A stretch of DNA of 41,192 bases, taken from contig CAZKZT010000002.1 of NCBI GenBank assembly GCA_964557265.1, positions 1 to 41,192 on the forward strand, read 5' to 3'. This DNA comes from an uncultured Hyphomicrobium sp. (lineage in GTDB: Bacteria > Pseudomonadota > Alphaproteobacteria > Rhizobiales > Hyphomicrobiaceae). Shown here one piece after another: positions 38,839 through 41,192 of the stretch. Every line of letters starts with the position of its first letter. Within the stretch, counting starts at the first letter, position 1. The notes beneath the pieces were generated by a model. That model was not told the origin of the DNA. It worked only from the letters and a program-made list of their open reading frames with translations, and made no database searches. The translations under genes and the position numbers were made by a program.

Positions 38839-40035
38839 ATGCTGCTTTGGGTCGGATTTGCGGTTCTGACGGCGGCCGTCGTGGCGGTCCTGCTGCGGCC
38901 GCTGCTCGCCGCCGACGCCGAGGGCACGGGCGATGCAGCACCGGCTCTGCGCGCAAACGGGGCCGTCTATCGCGACCAGCTTGCCGAGATCGAGGCCGAG
39001 CGCGCGCGCGGCCTGATCGGCGACGCAGAAGCTGAGGCGGCGCGGGTGGAGATCGCCCGCCGCCTGCTGGCGATCCCTGAGGCGAAGTCGCCCGCTGCGG
39101 CTGACACGGGTGCGTCTTCATCTGTCCGGTCGGTTGCGATGCTCGTTGCGGCCGCTTTGCCGGTCCTCGCGATCGTTTCCTACCTCACCGTCGGCGCGCC
39201 TGGGCGGATCGGACAGCCGTTCGCGGAACGCGCTGCGCCTCCGGGCTCGGCGCCCGGTGTTGCTCAACTCGTCGCCAAGGTCGAGGAGCGGTTGCGCGCG
39301 CATCCCCAGGACGGTGCCGGTTGGGATGTGATTGCGCCGGTTTATCTGCGCCTCGGCCGCTACACCGATGCCGCTGACGCCTTCCAGCGCGCGGTGCGGT
39401 TGCTCGGCGAGAGCCCACAGCGGCTGTCGGGACTTGCCGAGGCACATGTGATGGCGAGCGACGGTGTCGTGACCGAGGCCGCGCGTACCGCCTACGAGCG
39501 TTTGCGTGTGCTGGCGCCGGACGAACTCGAGCCGCGGTTCTGGCTGGCGGTTGCCGCCGAGCAGGACGGTCGATTCCAGGATGCGGCGACGGCCTACGCC
39601 AAGTTGCTCGAAGAAGGCGATCCGAGTGCTGCATGGCGCCCCACGGTGACCTCCCGCCTCAATATCGCGCGGTCGAAGCTCGGCGTTGCACCGGAGAAGC
39701 CGCCGCAAGTTGCGCCGTCGCTGTCGCCGCCCGATAGCGCGGCTGCGGCCAAGGCGCCGGCGCTGACGAAGGAAGCGATGGAGGCCGTCCAGGATCTGTC
39801 GCCGGAAGCCCGCCGTCAGATGATCGAGGATATGGTCGCGGGGCTCGACAAGCGGCTGAGCGAGAATGGCCGCGACCTCGAAGGCTGGCAGCGTCTGATC
39901 CGCGCCTACGCGGTGCTCGGCCGCCGCGACGATGCACTGGCGGCGCTGGCACGGGCACGCGAGGCACTGGCGCAGGAAGCGCAGTCGCTCGAAGTGCTGG
40001 CGGCTCTCGCACGAACGCTGGGACTAGCCTCATGA
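38839..40035 (+). CDS. ccmI: Cytochrome c biogenesis protein CcmI/CycH
   Basis: N-terminal [28 protein letters not shown] region, [20 protein letters not shown]. Start 38833-38839. Confidence 0.92.
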   Translation: MLLWVGFAVLTAAVVAVLLRPLLAADAEGTGDAAPALRANGAVYRDQLAEIEAERARGLIGDAEAEAARVEIARRLLAIPEAKSPAAADTGASSSVRSVAMLVAAALPVLAIVSYLTVGAPGRIGQPFAERAAPPGSAPGVAQLVAKVEERLRAHPQDGAGWDVIAPVYLRLGRYTDAADAFQRAVRLLGESPQRLSGLAEAHVMASDGVVTEAARTAYERLRVLAPDELEPRFWLAVAAEQDGRFQDAATAYAKLLEEGDPSAAWRPTVTSRLNIARSKLGVAPEKPPQVAPSLSPPDSAAAAKAPALTKEAMEAVQDLSPEARRQMIEDMVAGLDKRLSENGRDLEGWQRLIRAYAVLGRRDDALAALARAREALAQEAQSLEVLAALARTLGLAS

Positions 40036-40550
40036 GCATGACCGCCACACGCGCTGTTGGGCGCCCATTGAACCGTCGCCGCCGCCGGGGTTTTCTGATT
40101 TTCGGCGCGCTCGCCGTCCTCGCCCTGGCTTTGGGATTGGTGCTGATGGCGCTGCGTGACTCGATCGTGTTCTTCCACACGCCGAGCGATCTGACCGCCA
40201 AGGCGATCCCGGTCGGCCAGCGTATTCGTCTCGGTGGTCTCGTGGCCGAGGGCTCGGTCAAGCGGGGCGCGGGCGTCGATGTCGAATTCGTCGTCACCGA
40301 TACGATCGAGAGGGTGACGGTGCGCTATCGCGGTGTGCTGCCGGATCTGTTCCGCGAGGGGCAGGGTGTCGTCACCGAAGGCAAGCTCGAAGACGGCGGC
40401 ACGTTCCGCGCCGATACCGTGCTCGCCAAGCACGACGAGAACTACATGCCGCCCGAGGTCGCTGGTGCGCTCAAGGAGAAGGGCGTTTGGAAGCATTTCG
40501 AGGGCGCGAAGAAGGATGAGGCAAGGCCCGCACCGGGGGCGCCGAAATGA
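40032..40550 (+). CDS. ccmE: Heme chaperone CcmE/CycJ
   Basis: [26 protein letters not shown] (heme-binding His). Confidence 0.96.
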   Translation: MSMTATRAVGRPLNRRRRRGFLIFGALAVLALALGLVLMALRDSIVFFHTPSDLTAKAIPVGQRIRLGGLVAEGSVKRGAGVDVEFVVTDTIERVTVRYRGVLPDLFREGQGVVTEGKLEDGGTFRADTVLAKHDENYMPPEVAGALKEKGVWKHFEGAKKDEARPAPGAPK

Positions 40551-41192
40551 TCACCGAACTCGGCCACTTCGCGCTCGTCCTCGCGTTTCTCGTCTGCGTC
40601 GTGCAGATGCTGCTGCCGGCGTGGGGCGCGCAGACGGGTGAGCTGCGCCTGATGCGCGTCGGCGAACCCGCCGCGCTCGCCCAGTTCGGCTTGCTGATCG
40701 TCGCGTTCCTCGCATTGATGCACGCCTATGTCGTCAGCGATTTCTCGGTCGCCAACGTCTACGCCAACTCGCATTCCGCCAAGCCGTTGATCTACCGGAT
40801 CTCCGGCGTGTGGGGGAACCACGAAGGCTCGATGCTGCTGTGGGTGCTGATCCTGGCGCTGTTCGGCGCCGCGGTCGCGGCCTTCGGCTCCAACCTGCCC
40901 GCAACGCTGCGCGCCAACGTGCTGAGCGTTCAGGCGTCCATCGCGCTCGCGTTCCTGCTGTTCATTCTGTTGACGTCGAACCCGTTCCTGCGCCTCGATC
41001 CGGTGCCCGAGGACGGCCGCGGCCTCAATCCGATCCTGCAGGACCCGGCACTCGCCTTCCATCCGCCGTTCCTCTACGCTGGCTACGTCGGTTTCTCGAT
41101 GGCCTATTCGTTCGCAATAGCGGGGCTGATCGAAGGGCGTACGGACGCCGCCTGGGCGCGCTGGGTGCGGCCGTGGACGCTGGCGGCGTGGA
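40547..41192 (+). CDS. ccmF: Heme lyase CcmF/CycK, 3'-truncated by window edge
   Basis: [64 protein letters not shown] overlap with ccmE. Confidence 0.95.
   Translation, partial: MITELGHFALVLAFLVCVVQMLLPAWGAQTGELRLMRVGEPAALAQFGLLIVAFLALMHAYVVSDFSVANVYANSHSAKPLIYRISGVWGNHEGSMLLWVLILALFGAAVAAFGSNLPATLRANVLSVQASIALAFLLFILLTSNPFLRLDPVPEDGRGLNPILQDPALAFHPPFLYAGYVGFSMAYSFAIAGLIEGRTDAAWARWVRPWTLAAW

Overview
GC-rich alphaproteobacterial chromosomal segment (Hyphomicrobiales-like by gene content and order; the taxon is inferred). It is densely coding and mostly housekeeping. Gene order: 'ntrC-ntrY-ntrX-hemH; SPFH plus two NfeD; MarR-PaaI-MFS-MATE with a visible palindromic operator; tandem DUF992-like paralogues; cyclase, HupE/UreJ, LhgO-like and LLM oxidoreductases; ispB; orphan ParA-like ATPase; enoyl-CoA hydratase, CoA-transferase, threonine aldolase, CorC; ghrA, GST; prfB with an intact +1 programmed frameshift; bactofilin; sirtuin; rpiA, gor, SDR; methyltransferase, hydrolase, crotonase; a FeuNPQ-like module; ccmI-ccmE-ccmF'. 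I found no rRNA, tRNA, CRISPR array, transposase or phage gene. Three signals are not explained by the ORF track. (1) Two copies of a ~150-bp non-coding element (5442-5597 and 15985-16129), each an inverted pair of 45-nt GTAG/GTNG + C-GAA-G hairpin units. Both have the same orientation relative to transcription and sit upstream of metal-handling genes (hemH, hupE/ureJ). (2) The hemH copy is nested in a ~250-nt fold-back that spans the ntrX stop codon to the hemH ribosome-binding region and has mutually exclusive pairings. (3) An internally deleted DUF2059-like gene remnant lies between rpiA and gor. All family assignments come from motif recognition by eye, not database searches.
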